Virus record (IMG/VR): IMGVR_UViG_3300027977_000006
Length of the DNA: 64,000 nucleotides
Strand: one strand, 5' to 3'
Source of the DNA: a virus
Lineage: Duplodnaviria > Heunggongvirae > Uroviricota > Caudoviricetes
Part shown: positions 1-8,989 of the stretch, in pieces
How the letters are laid out: every line of letters begins with the position of its first letter
Numbering within the stretch: the stretch's first letter is position 1
The notes under the pieces: generated by a model
What the model was told of the DNA's origin: nothing
What the model saw: the letters and a program-made list of their open reading frames with translations, nothing else
Database searches by the model: none
Translations under genes and position numbers: made by a program

Positions 1-193
1 AAAGGGTTTTATATAATTGTGTTAGAACATTTTTAGTTATATCAACAACTTTATCCTCTAACTCTTTTTCGTTTTTAATTCTATCTTTTACAATTTTTTC
101 AATCTTGGTTTTAAAATCTTTAGAATCCATGTAGATTTTAATCTCTTTGGATACATCGGACTTGGACATAGTTTCTTTGATTTGCTTTTTCAT
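1..193 (-). CDS. Hypothetical protein, 3' end runs off the window (MKKQIKETMSKSDVSKEIK...)
   Basis: Hand-translated open frame from ATG at 193 to the window edge; TATTTATA motif on the coding strand at 215-222. Confidence 0.7.
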   Translation of the reverse strand, partial: MKKQIKETMSKSDVSKEIKIYMDSKDFKTKIEKIVKDRIKNEKELEDKVVDITKNVLTQLYKTL

Positions 194-235
194 GATAGCT
201 TTAAATTGTTTCTATATAAATATGTTTATCAAAAG

Positions 236-259
236 AAAAAAGCCCCTTTTAGGGGCTTT
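236..259 (-). terminator. Rho-independent terminator
   Basis: AAAGCCCCT-ttt-AGGGGCTTT stem; the A-run on + gives a U tail on the minus strand, downstream of 297..770. Confidence 0.75.
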
Positions 260-296
260 ATTTAATATTATAAATTAATACGTTATAATTAAAGCA

Positions 297-770
297 TTAA
301 TTTACACCTAAAAGAACTACAAGTGTGATAACTGGTAGAACGACAGCACTGGTAAAACCTATGATTTTCAATATCTTTTGCTTTCTAATTTCTCTTTTTT
401 GTTTCTTGATGGTTTCATTAAGCAAATCAATTTCTTTATCTTTATTAGCTAGCATCTCGTTTAAGTTTGCAATTATCGTTTCACAGTTTACAACTTTTTC
501 CTTTAGAATATTGATTTGTTTTAATTGTACTTGAATTGTGCTTTTGCTTATGCTATCTTTAAACTCATATACCAATAACATGCTATCAGCAACTTGTTTA
601 TCAATTATGTCAGCCAATATAATTTTTGCGTCAGCCAGTGACATCTCAATAAGAGTGTCGCCAACACTATTAACGACTGTTTTTACTCTTTGTGGTTTTA
701 TCGAGATAGTTTGAGAGCTCACTTGCAACGCCACTAGCAGACAAACGATTAACGTAATTAGGTGTTTCAT
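297..770 (-). CDS. Exported coiled-coil protein with C-terminal TM helix (possible spanin-like lysis protein)
   Basis: N-terminal signal peptide, heptad region, hydrophobic C-terminus; overlaps the upstream gene by ~100 nt. Confidence 0.55.
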   Translation of the reverse strand: MKHLITLIVCLLVALQVSSQTISIKPQRVKTVVNSVGDTLIEMSLADAKIILADIIDKQVADSMLLVYEFKDSISKSTIQVQLKQINILKEKVVNCETIIANLNEMLANKDKEIDLLNETIKKQKREIRKQKILKIIGFTSAVVLPVITLVVLLGVN

Positions 771-1056
771 TTTTTTTCTTTTTTAAGGAATTTAAAGCCG
801 AATCTGTTTCAGCTAATTTTTTGTTATTTTCTTTTATCACCGAATCTAATTGGGCTAACTTTATATCCAAATTTTTATTTACCAAAACAATACTATCATT
901 CTTTTTAGATAATAACTCATTTGTCTCTCTTAATTTTTTTACTTCATCTTTTGAATAATCTATACTATTATGTATATTAAATAAAAAACTTAGTATTAAT
1001 GCCAATGTTAGTATTACTATAAAAACAATTTTTGGGTCAAAATTTTTCTTTTCCAT
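670..1056 (-). CDS. Membrane-anchored coiled-coil protein (i-spanin-like)
   Basis: N-terminal TM (IVFIVILTLALILSFLF) followed by coiled coil. Confidence 0.55.
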   Translation of the reverse strand: MEKKNFDPKIVFIVILTLALILSFLFNIHNSIDYSKDEVKKLRETNELLSKKNDSIVLVNKNLDIKLAQLDSVIKENNKKLAETDSALNSLKKKKNETPNYVNRLSASGVASELSNYLDKTTKSKNSR

Positions 1057-1517
1057 TAGTCATTTTTTGGTTTATATTCGTTAACTAATTTTAACGCCCA
1101 TTCATCAACCCAATTTTCATAATAACCTTTTAATTTGGTTAGCAATAAACTAACTTTATCGGTCACTTCAATGTTACTCATTGTTATGTTTATTTCTCCT
1201 GCGGCCAAAGACATTCTAAATTTTATCCCAGTATCTTCGTTCTCACCTTTTAAAAATATTCCTTCCATCAAAACATTACTATCTTGTGGATAAATTTTAA
1301 AATTGGCGATTTCAACTCTAGGGTCTACGATATCTTGTAGTTTTTTTAATTCAGCTTTATATACTGAATCTGTTTTTTTAACGTCTAAAGTATCTCTGTA
1401 TTCGTCTGGCTCTGGTGCCATTTCATCTGCCTCAGATATAAGCCTAGACTTGTAACCACCTCTAATGATATCCATCATTTTTTTGGTCATGTCGTGTTCA
1501 TTGATGCTATTTTTCAT
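1056..1517 (-). CDS. Hypothetical phage protein
   Basis: 153 aa ORF coupled to its neighbours. Confidence 0.7.
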   Translation of the reverse strand: MKNSINEHDMTKKMMDIIRGGYKSRLISEADEMAPEPDEYRDTLDVKKTDSVYKAELKKLQDIVDPRVEIANFKIYPQDSNVLMEGIFLKGENEDTGIKFRMSLAAGEINITMSNIEVTDKVSLLLTKLKGYYENWVDEWALKLVNEYKPKND

Positions 1518-2124
1518 TTGTTTCTATTTTTCTTTTAAATATTTCAAAATCCCAAATTGGGTTTAAATCAGTATAGTGTTTTTCGATATTACTCTTGTAA
1601 AACACACCTTTATATGTGCTAAAATTTTCCAATTTTGTGTTGTGTGCCACAACAGATAAAGGTATGTTGAACTGGACACATAATGATTTCACCAATTCAG
1701 TGGCCGAATATAACTGTTCTTTTGTGTATGGAGCCCAATAATTGTACCCCCTCCACCTTTTTTCAACAACCACATCTGGCTCTTTATAAATATCACCCAT
1801 CCATGTAATAAATTCATTTTTATCTGAATCTTTTATCAACCAACCTTCATTTTCCAATAAAATTACAATACATGACATGTTTAATTCATAAGCTTTCAAC
1901 ATCTTTGTAGAAAAACTTGGCTCATAATGCTTATAAATTTGACCAGATTTTGAAATCGTAAATGGTGCTGTATTCTTATATAATCCATTGTACCTATGTG
2001 TCCACCCTATAAAGTGTTTCATATCGTTGGTAAACGTATGAGCCAACACTATGCGTGTTTTTTGACATTCAATCGACACATAGTTTTTATTTGATAAGGC
2101 ATAAGACTTGTCATCAATAGTCAT
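1507..2124 (-). CDS. N-acetylmuramoyl-L-alanine amidase-like protein (Amidase_2 fold), possibly degenerate
   Basis: IVLAHT...PFTISKSGQIY...YTKEQLYSATELVKSLCVQFNIP...TDLNP pattern follows AmpD/T7-lysozyme-type amidases; Zn ligands look incomplete. Confidence 0.6.
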   Translation of the reverse strand: MTIDDKSYALSNKNYVSIECQKTRIVLAHTFTNDMKHFIGWTHRYNGLYKNTAPFTISKSGQIYKHYEPSFSTKMLKAYELNMSCIVILLENEGWLIKDSDKNEFITWMGDIYKEPDVVVEKRWRGYNYWAPYTKEQLYSATELVKSLCVQFNIPLSVVAHNTKLENFSTYKGVFYKSNIEKHYTDLNPIWDFEIFKRKIETNEK

Positions 2125-3236
2125 TAGGTTTTCTTGTAATAAACTTTGTTATTATCACCGTTTTTAACTACTTTATTTGCACCAATTCTTTCAACAACAT
2201 TATTTTTTTTAGGTGTTGGTACATCTACAGAGAACCCTCGGTTTTTTATTTCTATTATGTCTTCTAATTGAATCTTTCCAGTTGGTATTACTGGTTCTCT
2301 ATCTTTATGTTCAATAACTGGTTCTTCAAATTCATTAGATTCTTCAACTGTTTCTGGTTCTTTTTCTTGTTGTTTTGAAGTTATTATTTTTAATGTCGAA
2401 TCTGGTTCAGGCTCAACTTTTTTTTTAGGTTCTAAAGGGTTAACATTACCTTCTAATTCAAATATTCTGTTTGTCATTAGAATCATCGCTATAGCCAATG
2501 GGTCAAAAACACATATCAATAAAAGTATTAATACATTAACTACGTTACCCATAGGTGAGCCTGTAAGTTCAGATATGTACTTAAGAGGCCCAACTTCAGC
2601 GGAAACTTCACTATTAGCGTTTAGTTCTATTTTTCTTGTTGAAAAAACACTTATTGAATCATAAAACACTGAGTTTTTAGCGTTCAAACCGTCAATTTCA
2701 TTTGATAGCTTTTGAATCTCGTCATTAGCCAATTTTATATCATTTCTAGCCTTATCTCTAGCTCTATTGCTAGTTGAATTATCCAATCTAACTTCTTGTG
2801 TATTTCTTAGATTTGTAAGCTGGTCTATTCGTTTTGTTTTACTATCAATTATTTTTTGATTGTCTTGTACATTCTTTTCAAACAAAGCTTTTTTAGAATC
2901 CAATACACCAACTTGACTTTCTTGTATTTCTAATTTATTGGCAGTTTTTTGATAGGCGTTAGATAAAAAACCATAAATACCAGCAGATGTAATCAACATC
3001 AAGACACCAACACTTATTGTTAAATAAAATTTTAGACCACCACCAATTCTAGACCAATATCTGTGTAAAGCAGTAGTTGTAACGACTTTACCAATCTCCA
3101 ACGCACTGGCCATTATTATAACAGCAGTACTCGCACCAGCAAACAACTGGCTTAAACCCCATACTGAAAAATAACCAGCACAACCAGCAACTATTAGTGC
3201 TAATAATAACATTACGTACCCAAACTTTAGTTTCAT
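2124..3236 (-). CDS. Multi-TM membrane protein with long coiled coil
   Basis: Three N-terminal TM helices, ~120 aa coiled coil, further TM (VLILLLICVFDPLAIAMIL). Confidence 0.75.
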   Translation of the reverse strand: MKLKFGYVMLLLALIVAGCAGYFSVWGLSQLFAGASTAVIIMASALEIGKVVTTTALHRYWSRIGGGLKFYLTISVGVLMLITSAGIYGFLSNAYQKTANKLEIQESQVGVLDSKKALFEKNVQDNQKIIDSKTKRIDQLTNLRNTQEVRLDNSTSNRARDKARNDIKLANDEIQKLSNEIDGLNAKNSVFYDSISVFSTRKIELNANSEVSAEVGPLKYISELTGSPMGNVVNVLILLLICVFDPLAIAMILMTNRIFELEGNVNPLEPKKKVEPEPDSTLKIITSKQQEKEPETVEESNEFEEPVIEHKDREPVIPTGKIQLEDIIEIKNRGFSVDVPTPKKNNVVERIGANKVVKNGDNNKVYYKKT

Positions 3237-3266
3237 ATTACTTGTTTATTTATTATAAATACCTAC

Positions 3267-3302
3267 AACGAATAAAAGGGTATTAATACCCTTTTATTCG
3301 TT
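3267..3302. terminator. Perfect 36-bp palindrome over the sigma stop codon (probable terminator)
   Basis: AACGAATAAAAGGGTATT|AATACCCTTTTATTCGTT. Confidence 0.7.
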
Positions 3303-4121
3303 AATTAAATTATATAAGTCGTGTGCGTTATGTCTTAATTTTCTTATTGCTTTTTCTTTTATTTGTCTTATTCTTTCTTTGGTCAAATTGTATCTCTCAC
3401 CAATAGCCTCTAGCGTCATAGGTCTGCAATCTGTGTTTATACCAAAATAAGACTCAATGATTACTTTTTCTCTAGGGTCTAATATAGACAAGATTCTATT
3501 TATTTCTTTTTTTACCCTTTCATCATTTTCTAAAGAATCCTCTTCATCTTCAAAAGGAATCAAATCAATCATTTCATCACCATCCTCATTTATAACTTCG
3601 TTAAGCGAAGTACATCTGGGATATGTTAATAAGGTGGCTACTTCATTGTCTTTATCAAATATCTCACCAATTATTGGCTCTCTTTCATTCTCTATTTCAA
3701 ACTTGATGATTTCTTTATTTAGATGAGAAATTTTACTTATTACGTTTGCTGGTAATCTAACAGTTCTAGCATTTTCATTTAAGCTATGTAATATTGTTTG
3801 TTTCACCCACCAAACAGCATAAGATATAAACCTAAAACCTTTTTTGTGGTCAAATCTTGTTGCGGCTTTTATCAAACCATAATTACCTTCATTTATTAAG
3901 TCAGACAACATAAGACCTTGACCTTGATATTCTTTTGCTATTGATACGACAAACTTTAAGTTTGCATTGACCAATTCATCAATAGCTTTTTGGTCACCTT
4001 TTTTTATTCTTTCTGCTAAATTTATTTCTTGTTCTTGTGTTAGAATAACTGATTTTCTAACATCTTTAAAATACTTCGCTATACTATCATCGTTATCAAA
4101 ATTTAAAAAAGTTTTACTCAT
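3294..4121 (-). CDS. rpoD: RNA polymerase sigma70 factor, RpoD/SigA-like, short Bacteroidetes type lacking region 1.1
   Basis: Region 1.2 SIAKYFKDV; region 2 ANLKFVVSIAK..DLINEGNYGLIKAATRFD..GFRFISYAVWW; region 4 TLEAIGERYNLTKERIRQIKEKAIRKLR. Confidence 0.93.
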   Translation of the reverse strand: MSKTFLNFDNDDSIAKYFKDVRKSVILTQEQEINLAERIKKGDQKAIDELVNANLKFVVSIAKEYQGQGLMLSDLINEGNYGLIKAATRFDHKKGFRFISYAVWWVKQTILHSLNENARTVRLPANVISKISHLNKEIIKFEIENEREPIIGEIFDKDNEVATLLTYPRCTSLNEVINEDGDEMIDLIPFEDEEDSLENDERVKKEINRILSILDPREKVIIESYFGINTDCRPMTLEAIGERYNLTKERIRQIKEKAIRKLRHNAHDLYNLINE

Positions 4122-4164
4122 TAAATCATTTTATTTTTTTATTTTTCGTTATGTTTTACATTAA

Positions 4165-4195
4165 CAAATATACGATAAAAACCTTAAAAGTCAAG
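4165..4195 (-). promoter_or_regulatory. Bacteroidetes-type -33/-7 promoter of the sigma gene
   Basis: Minus strand CTTG-N19-TATATTTG matches the TTTG-N19..21-TAnnTTTG consensus. Confidence 0.75.
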
Positions 4196-4205
4196 TATTT
4201 TAAGC

Positions 4206-4721
4206 TTATTTGGCCAGTAAATACAACAGTGTTTTATCATGTTCTGACAACTTTTCAAGCCCATTATCTATTAACTGATTGAGAAGTACATCCTTTTCAT
4301 GGTTACTCATTTTTTCTATTTTTGCTTTGTCTAGCAAATTTTTGTTCTTGGACTCTTTTTGTGTTTTTTTATTTTCTGCTTTTGTAACTTTTGTTTCTGA
4401 AGATAATTGAATACTTCTCAAAAAATCTTCATTAAGTTGGTCAACATTTAGATTCTTCAAAAAACCAAAAAGACCTTCGTGGATTTCTTTTTTTGTGATA
4501 TTAAAACCAGATGAGGTTTCATTTAAATCAAATAGTAAAAAACTTCGATTTCTACTAATAAACCACTCTGTTAATTCGGATGGTTCAATAATACAAGAGA
4601 ATGTCGCTATAAGAACGCCTTTGGCATCCAATACGTTGGGTTTGATTTCACTCACTTTTATGATTTCTTCTTGTGAGCCAAGAGTGTCACCCATAACCAC
4701 GATACAATAGTTTCTAAACAT
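4206..4721 (-). CDS. Hypothetical protein
   Basis: 171 aa ORF with its own TACCTTTG promoter (4740-4770). Confidence 0.7.
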   Translation of the reverse strand: MFRNYCIVVMGDTLGSQEEIIKVSEIKPNVLDAKGVLIATFSCIIEPSELTEWFISRNRSFLLFDLNETSSGFNITKKEIHEGLFGFLKNLNVDQLNEDFLRSIQLSSETKVTKAENKKTQKESKNKNLLDKAKIEKMSNHEKDVLLNQLIDNGLEKLSEHDKTLLYLLAK

Positions 4722-4739
4722 TATGTTATTATTTTAAGG

Positions 4740-4771
4740 CAAAGGTACATATTTTTTTTTGCTTTAACAAC
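4740..4771 (-). promoter_or_regulatory. Bacteroidetes-type promoter
   Basis: GTTG-N20-TACCTTTG. Confidence 0.7.
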
Positions 4772-7122
4772 TATTTCATGCTAATATTTGAAATATTATT
4801 AATTTTGTTAACTGTCACTACGTTGCTAGACCAGTCTTTAACTAGGTCATTATGTGTTATTAAGAAGACTATTTCATACATATCTTTAATCTTGTCAAAC
4901 AATGCTTTCAGTTTCTCAATATTTTCAGGTGCCACTTTACCCAAAACTTCGTCAAAAGTTATAAAGTTAGGCATTGGTAGCGTTGACATCTTACCCAAGA
5001 CACCCCTTAAAGCCAAACTAGAGGCTGTTTTCTCAAAACCACTAGCTGATTTAAGCTGTTTTGAAACTTCATCCTTATTTATCAAGAACTGAACATCATT
5101 CTTATCATCTATAAATATCTCGACTTCAAAATCACAAACATCTTCCAATAATCTTTGAACTTCTGAATTTATTATTGGCAAAACAGACCTTAAGACCAAC
5201 TTGCTGATACCCTTCTTACCAACCAAATCAATATAAATTTTAAAGATTCTATCAATTTCCTCCTCTTTTTTAATTGTTTCAATTAGTTTTGTTTTGGTCA
5301 CAATGTTGTTTTTGTGGTTTTGAATATCGTTTGTAACCCTTTCTATCCTAGTAATTGCTTCGTCTTTTGTATGATTAAGTACAGATATATTTGTTTTAAT
5401 TTTACTTACTTCACCATCAATACGTTTGTTGTGTTCAATCGCTTCCAAGTTAAGGTTGTATTTCTTTAAATCATTCATCTTTTCGACAACTTTATTCCTT
5501 AAGGAACCAATTTCAACTTCCAACCTATCTCTATCTAACTCTAAACGATTCTTTTTATCTACTTTAACCTTGACTTCATTAAGTTCAGTTAAGTAGTCAC
5601 TAACTTCAGATAGTCTTTCTTCTATATGAGATACTTTCTCTTTATTATTTAATATTTCCTCATTATGTTTAGCTATATGTTCCGTATTGTCAACATCATC
5701 TAATTTACGATTACATGATTGACATATACCACCAGCTATCAAATCCTCAATTACTTTGGTCAGACGATTTATTTCAGCGCTATGAACAGCTTTTTGTGAG
5801 GTTAAATTATTAAATTCTTTGGTATACAAATGATGAAGGTCTTCATCGAAAACTATTTCACCATATGATGAAATTGTTTCATTCATTTCAGATATTTTTG
5901 TTTTTATTTCTTTACCTTTTTGAGTCAGTAAATCAACTTCACCTTGTAGTGCTGATGGGTTTAACGCAGAAATAGAAACATCAATTTTTTGTTTGCTGTT
6001 TAACAGTCTATCATTTTCATCGTTGTTCTTTTCAATATCTAATTTTGTATCAGTCAGTCTCTTTCTTAAGACTTCTTCAAGTTGTTCAGATTCTAAAATT
6101 TTATTGTTGTGTTCGTCAATTTCATTGGTAAGGGTGATGACATCAAAATCATTTGATTTTTTCTTTCTAGCAAAGTCATTGTACATCGTTCTGACAGCAG
6201 CTTCTTTAAGTTCAAGAATTTCCAAACCAATTAACCTAGTCAGAATTTTTCCAGACTCTGTTGTTGTTAAACCAATAAGGTCATCCAGATTTTTTTCTGT
6301 GGCTAACACCAACATTTCAAAATCTTTTTCACTACCAATAGTTTCTTTTAACTTTGCAGTTGTATTTTTAGCATCTTCTTCATTTAACTCCTCTTCTTCT
6401 CCATCTGGTAAAATTTTGTAGTAATTTACTTTGTTTACAACAGTCCAACCACCACCTTTTTTAGCGTTTCTTTTCATCTTACGCTCTATAATAGTCTCTT
6501 CACCTTCAATCTCAATCATTCCACGAACAACCAATTCGTTTTTGCCACTATAAGTGTTAAATATTTCTTCGTTTTTATCAGTTTTGGTTGTTGACCCATG
6601 TAATAAGAACTTTAATGAATCTATACACAATGACGTTTTACCACCAGTGTTGCTTGGGATTGAGTTTACCACCGTCAAACCTTTAAGTTTGCTAAACGGA
6701 ACATAATTATTTTCGCCAAATGAAAGAAAATTATCAACCATAATCCATTTAACAGACCATGACTTGTGTTGTGATTGTGTAAGGTCAATATTTAATTCAC
6801 CGTTAATTTTATCATCCAAAGCAATGATTCTATTAAAATCAACATTCTTGTTATCTCTAACAATCAATTCTTTCATCAAAGCACGTTGATAATTAACATC
6901 CATGATGTTTTCTATGCCAGCACCAATTATTTCAATACTATCACCATTTTCGCTAAATTTTACTGGTCTGTAAATAACATTGATATTGTTTTTGTTTACA
7001 CCATACTTGTTAGCAAAATAGTTTCTAACTTTGTTTTTACCTTCTTTAGAATAGTTTTCTGGTCTATCATCCCAATAAACTTTTATTCTAGAATAAGGCG
7101 ATATTAATAATTTGTCTTCCAT
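4771..7122 (-). CDS. sbcC: SbcC/Rad50/gp46-like SMC ATPase with ~115 aa N-terminal extension
   Basis: NFLSFG, Walker A-like SNTGGKT, coiled coils with CQSC zinc hook, signature ASGFE, Walker B ITFDEVLG, H-loop LITHN. Confidence 0.92.
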   Translation of the reverse strand: MEDKLLISPYSRIKVYWDDRPENYSKEGKNKVRNYFANKYGVNKNNINVIYRPVKFSENGDSIEIIGAGIENIMDVNYQRALMKELIVRDNKNVDFNRIIALDDKINGELNIDLTQSQHKSWSVKWIMVDNFLSFGENNYVPFSKLKGLTVVNSIPSNTGGKTSLCIDSLKFLLHGSTTKTDKNEEIFNTYSGKNELVVRGMIEIEGEETIIERKMKRNAKKGGGWTVVNKVNYYKILPDGEEEELNEEDAKNTTAKLKETIGSEKDFEMLVLATEKNLDDLIGLTTTESGKILTRLIGLEILELKEAAVRTMYNDFARKKKSNDFDVITLTNEIDEHNNKILESEQLEEVLRKRLTDTKLDIEKNNDENDRLLNSKQKIDVSISALNPSALQGEVDLLTQKGKEIKTKISEMNETISSYGEIVFDEDLHHLYTKEFNNLTSQKAVHSAEINRLTKVIEDLIAGGICQSCNRKLDDVDNTEHIAKHNEEILNNKEKVSHIEERLSEVSDYLTELNEVKVKVDKKNRLELDRDRLEVEIGSLRNKVVEKMNDLKKYNLNLEAIEHNKRIDGEVSKIKTNISVLNHTKDEAITRIERVTNDIQNHKNNIVTKTKLIETIKKEEEIDRIFKIYIDLVGKKGISKLVLRSVLPIINSEVQRLLEDVCDFEVEIFIDDKNDVQFLINKDEVSKQLKSASGFEKTASSLALRGVLGKMSTLPMPNFITFDEVLGKVAPENIEKLKALFDKIKDMYEIVFLITHNDLVKDWSSNVVTVNKINNISNISMK

Positions 7123-7568
7123 TATCCTTCTCCGTATAAGTCTTTTTTATGTTTATTTTTTTCTTCAGCTAATAATTTTTGAGTCATCTCTAATTCTTTA
7201 GATTTTGCATCTAGATTAATTTGAAGGTCTTTTATTCTTGATTTGGCTTCCGTTTGTTGCTCTAACAGCTTATCTTGTAGTTCGTTTATTTTATCAGCAA
7301 GTTCTTTAATTTGTGAATTGTCGGTCACAACAACTTCTTTCTCAACAATCTTTTCAACTGGAACTTCTACAATCTTTTCAACAGGTTTCTCAATAATTTT
7401 TTCAACAATTTTTTCAACTTCTATTGTTTTTTGTATTGGTGTTGCGCCAAACTTTTCTATTGTAAAACCTTGTTTGAGAAGCTTTAATGAGAATTCATCA
7501 ATATTTGTTATATTGTTATTACGACAATAATCCCAAATATCATTCTTCAGTTCCTTCGGAATTTCCAT
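7122..7568 (-). CDS. Coiled-coil protein with EKIVE(V/K)PV repeats
   Basis: VEKIVEKIIEKPVEKIVEVPVEKIVEKEV low-complexity repeat. Confidence 0.7.
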   Translation of the reverse strand: MEIPKELKNDIWDYCRNNNITNIDEFSLKLLKQGFTIEKFGATPIQKTIEVEKIVEKIIEKPVEKIVEVPVEKIVEKEVVVTDNSQIKELADKINELQDKLLEQQTEAKSRIKDLQINLDAKSKELEMTQKLLAEEKNKHKKDLYGEG

Positions 7569-7809
7569 GTTTTTCTATTTCTTTTAAAATTTCTTCTAAT
7601 TCACTTTCAGATTGATGTAGCATTAGAAACTCTTTTGTTGTTTCGTCAATTTCTAAATGAACTATTGGTTTATCTACTCTAGCGTAGTATTCATCAAAAC
7701 CAACAACCTCACCGTTTACCAAACCGTAATCATCAAATTCTTCTGGTAGTCTATTTAAGAAAGCTTTTAGCTCTTTTATTGTAATACCTTTTGTCGTTTC
7801 TTCACTCAT
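7540..7809 (-). CDS. Small acidic hypothetical protein
   Basis: 89 aa ORF overlapping both neighbours. Confidence 0.7.
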   Translation of the reverse strand: MSEETTKGITIKELKAFLNRLPEEFDDYGLVNGEVVGFDEYYARVDKPIVHLEIDETTKEFLMLHQSESELEEILKEIEKHGNSEGTEE

Positions 7810-8036
7810 GCGTTTGTTAATTTTTCATTTCCAGTCTCTAGGTCTTCTAGAGATTTTATTCTAAACTGATAATATGGATAATTGTTTTTTACATCGTGTT
7901 CTGTATATGTTTTCGTTTCAACATCCCACATTAAAAATCCATGTTTGCTTACATTCTCACCAAAATTCTGTTGTATTAGACTTCCAACATAACTTACTGG
8001 GATGATTTTTTTTATTTTAATTTTCTCTTTTTCCAT
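7806..8036 (-). CDS. sbcD: SbcD/Mre11 metallophosphoesterase, C-terminal fragment
   Basis: YVGSLIQQNFGE...HGFLMWD is the segment that normally follows GDIH in SbcD/gp47. Confidence 0.85.
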   Translation of the reverse strand: MEKEKIKIKKIIPVSYVGSLIQQNFGENVSKHGFLMWDVETKTYTEHDVKNNYPYYQFRIKSLEDLETGNEKLTNA

Positions 8037-8925
8037 ATTTTTTAATTTGTTTAAATAACTCGTATTTAAAATTTTTTTTATTTATTTCACACTCCCAAAA
8101 TCTAATTATATTATAATGATTATCTAAAGCTAATTTATTTTTAAATTCATCGTTTAATTTATTGTTTTTTTGTATTTCATTTAATAAATTTAAATCATTG
8201 TATTTTTTAGGGTTTCCATGCCAATAATCACCGTCAGCTTCAATTAAAAGATTTAAATCTTTTAAGTAAAAGTCGTAAGATTTAAATTTATTCTTTTCAT
8301 AAAAAATATCATATTGTGTTTCAAACTTAACCCCAGATTCAATTAATAATAAAGCTATTTTTTTCTCTATTTTAGTGTTTTTATTTTTTACTTTATTACC
8401 ATTTCTTAAAACACCAATAGATGTTAGACCATATTTTTTCAAACACGTTTCATCTCTTTTTATTGTTGTTTCTGGTAATCTACTAATGTTATCAACCCCA
8501 TATAATTCTAAATTTGTTTCTATTCTTTTTAAACAAGCTTCAGCATTTGTACCCACCCAAAAACCATTTTCTTCAAAAAAAATTTCTTGACCGATTTTTA
8601 CTTTTTCTTTATGTTCTTCGGTTTCCCATAATTTTTTCATTCTTTCAGAATTCCATTTTTTCCATTCATCAGTATGTTCAATATTATAAACTGGGTTACC
8701 TTCTTTAATATAAAGTTCTTTTTGATGAGAATCTTTACAAACTCTAGAACAGTATTTTTTACCATTATCTATTTTATTTTGTAACGTTTCAAACTCCTTG
8801 TTACATAGTAAACAATTAATTTTAACTCTATCAACTTTTAATTTTTTATAACCAATATGTTGACATTCTATCGAGCAATAAACTTTATTTTTTGTTTCTT
8901 TTTGACAATTTTTACAGTTATTCAT
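8017..8925 (-). mobile_element. Free-standing homing endonuclease, Vsr/DUF559-like (EDxHD) with N-terminal Cys-rich Zn modules
   Basis: CxxC..YCSxxC twice; TNLELYG/TCLKKYG repeats; YDFY..LLIEADGDYWHGNP..D..K..RFWE; lies between the two sbcD halves. Confidence 0.85.
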
Positions 8926-8933
8926 TTTCTCTA

Positions 8934-8979
8934 AATTTTTGTTGTATCATTATTTATTAATAAATATAACAACAAAATT
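8934..8979 (-). promoter_or_regulatory. Hairpin enclosing the TATTTAT motif upstream of the sbcD-associated endonuclease
   Basis: TTTTGTTGT(8937-45)/ACAACAAAA(8969-77) arms around the 16-bp palindrome TATTTATTAATAAATA (8951-66). Confidence 0.6.
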
Positions 8980-8989
8980 AAAAAGATAA

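Noticed and set aside
7330-7420. Short tandem DNA repeats as a diversity or contingency locus
   Set aside because: They are in-frame degenerate repeats encoding EKIVE peptides, with no reverse transcriptase or template repeat nearby
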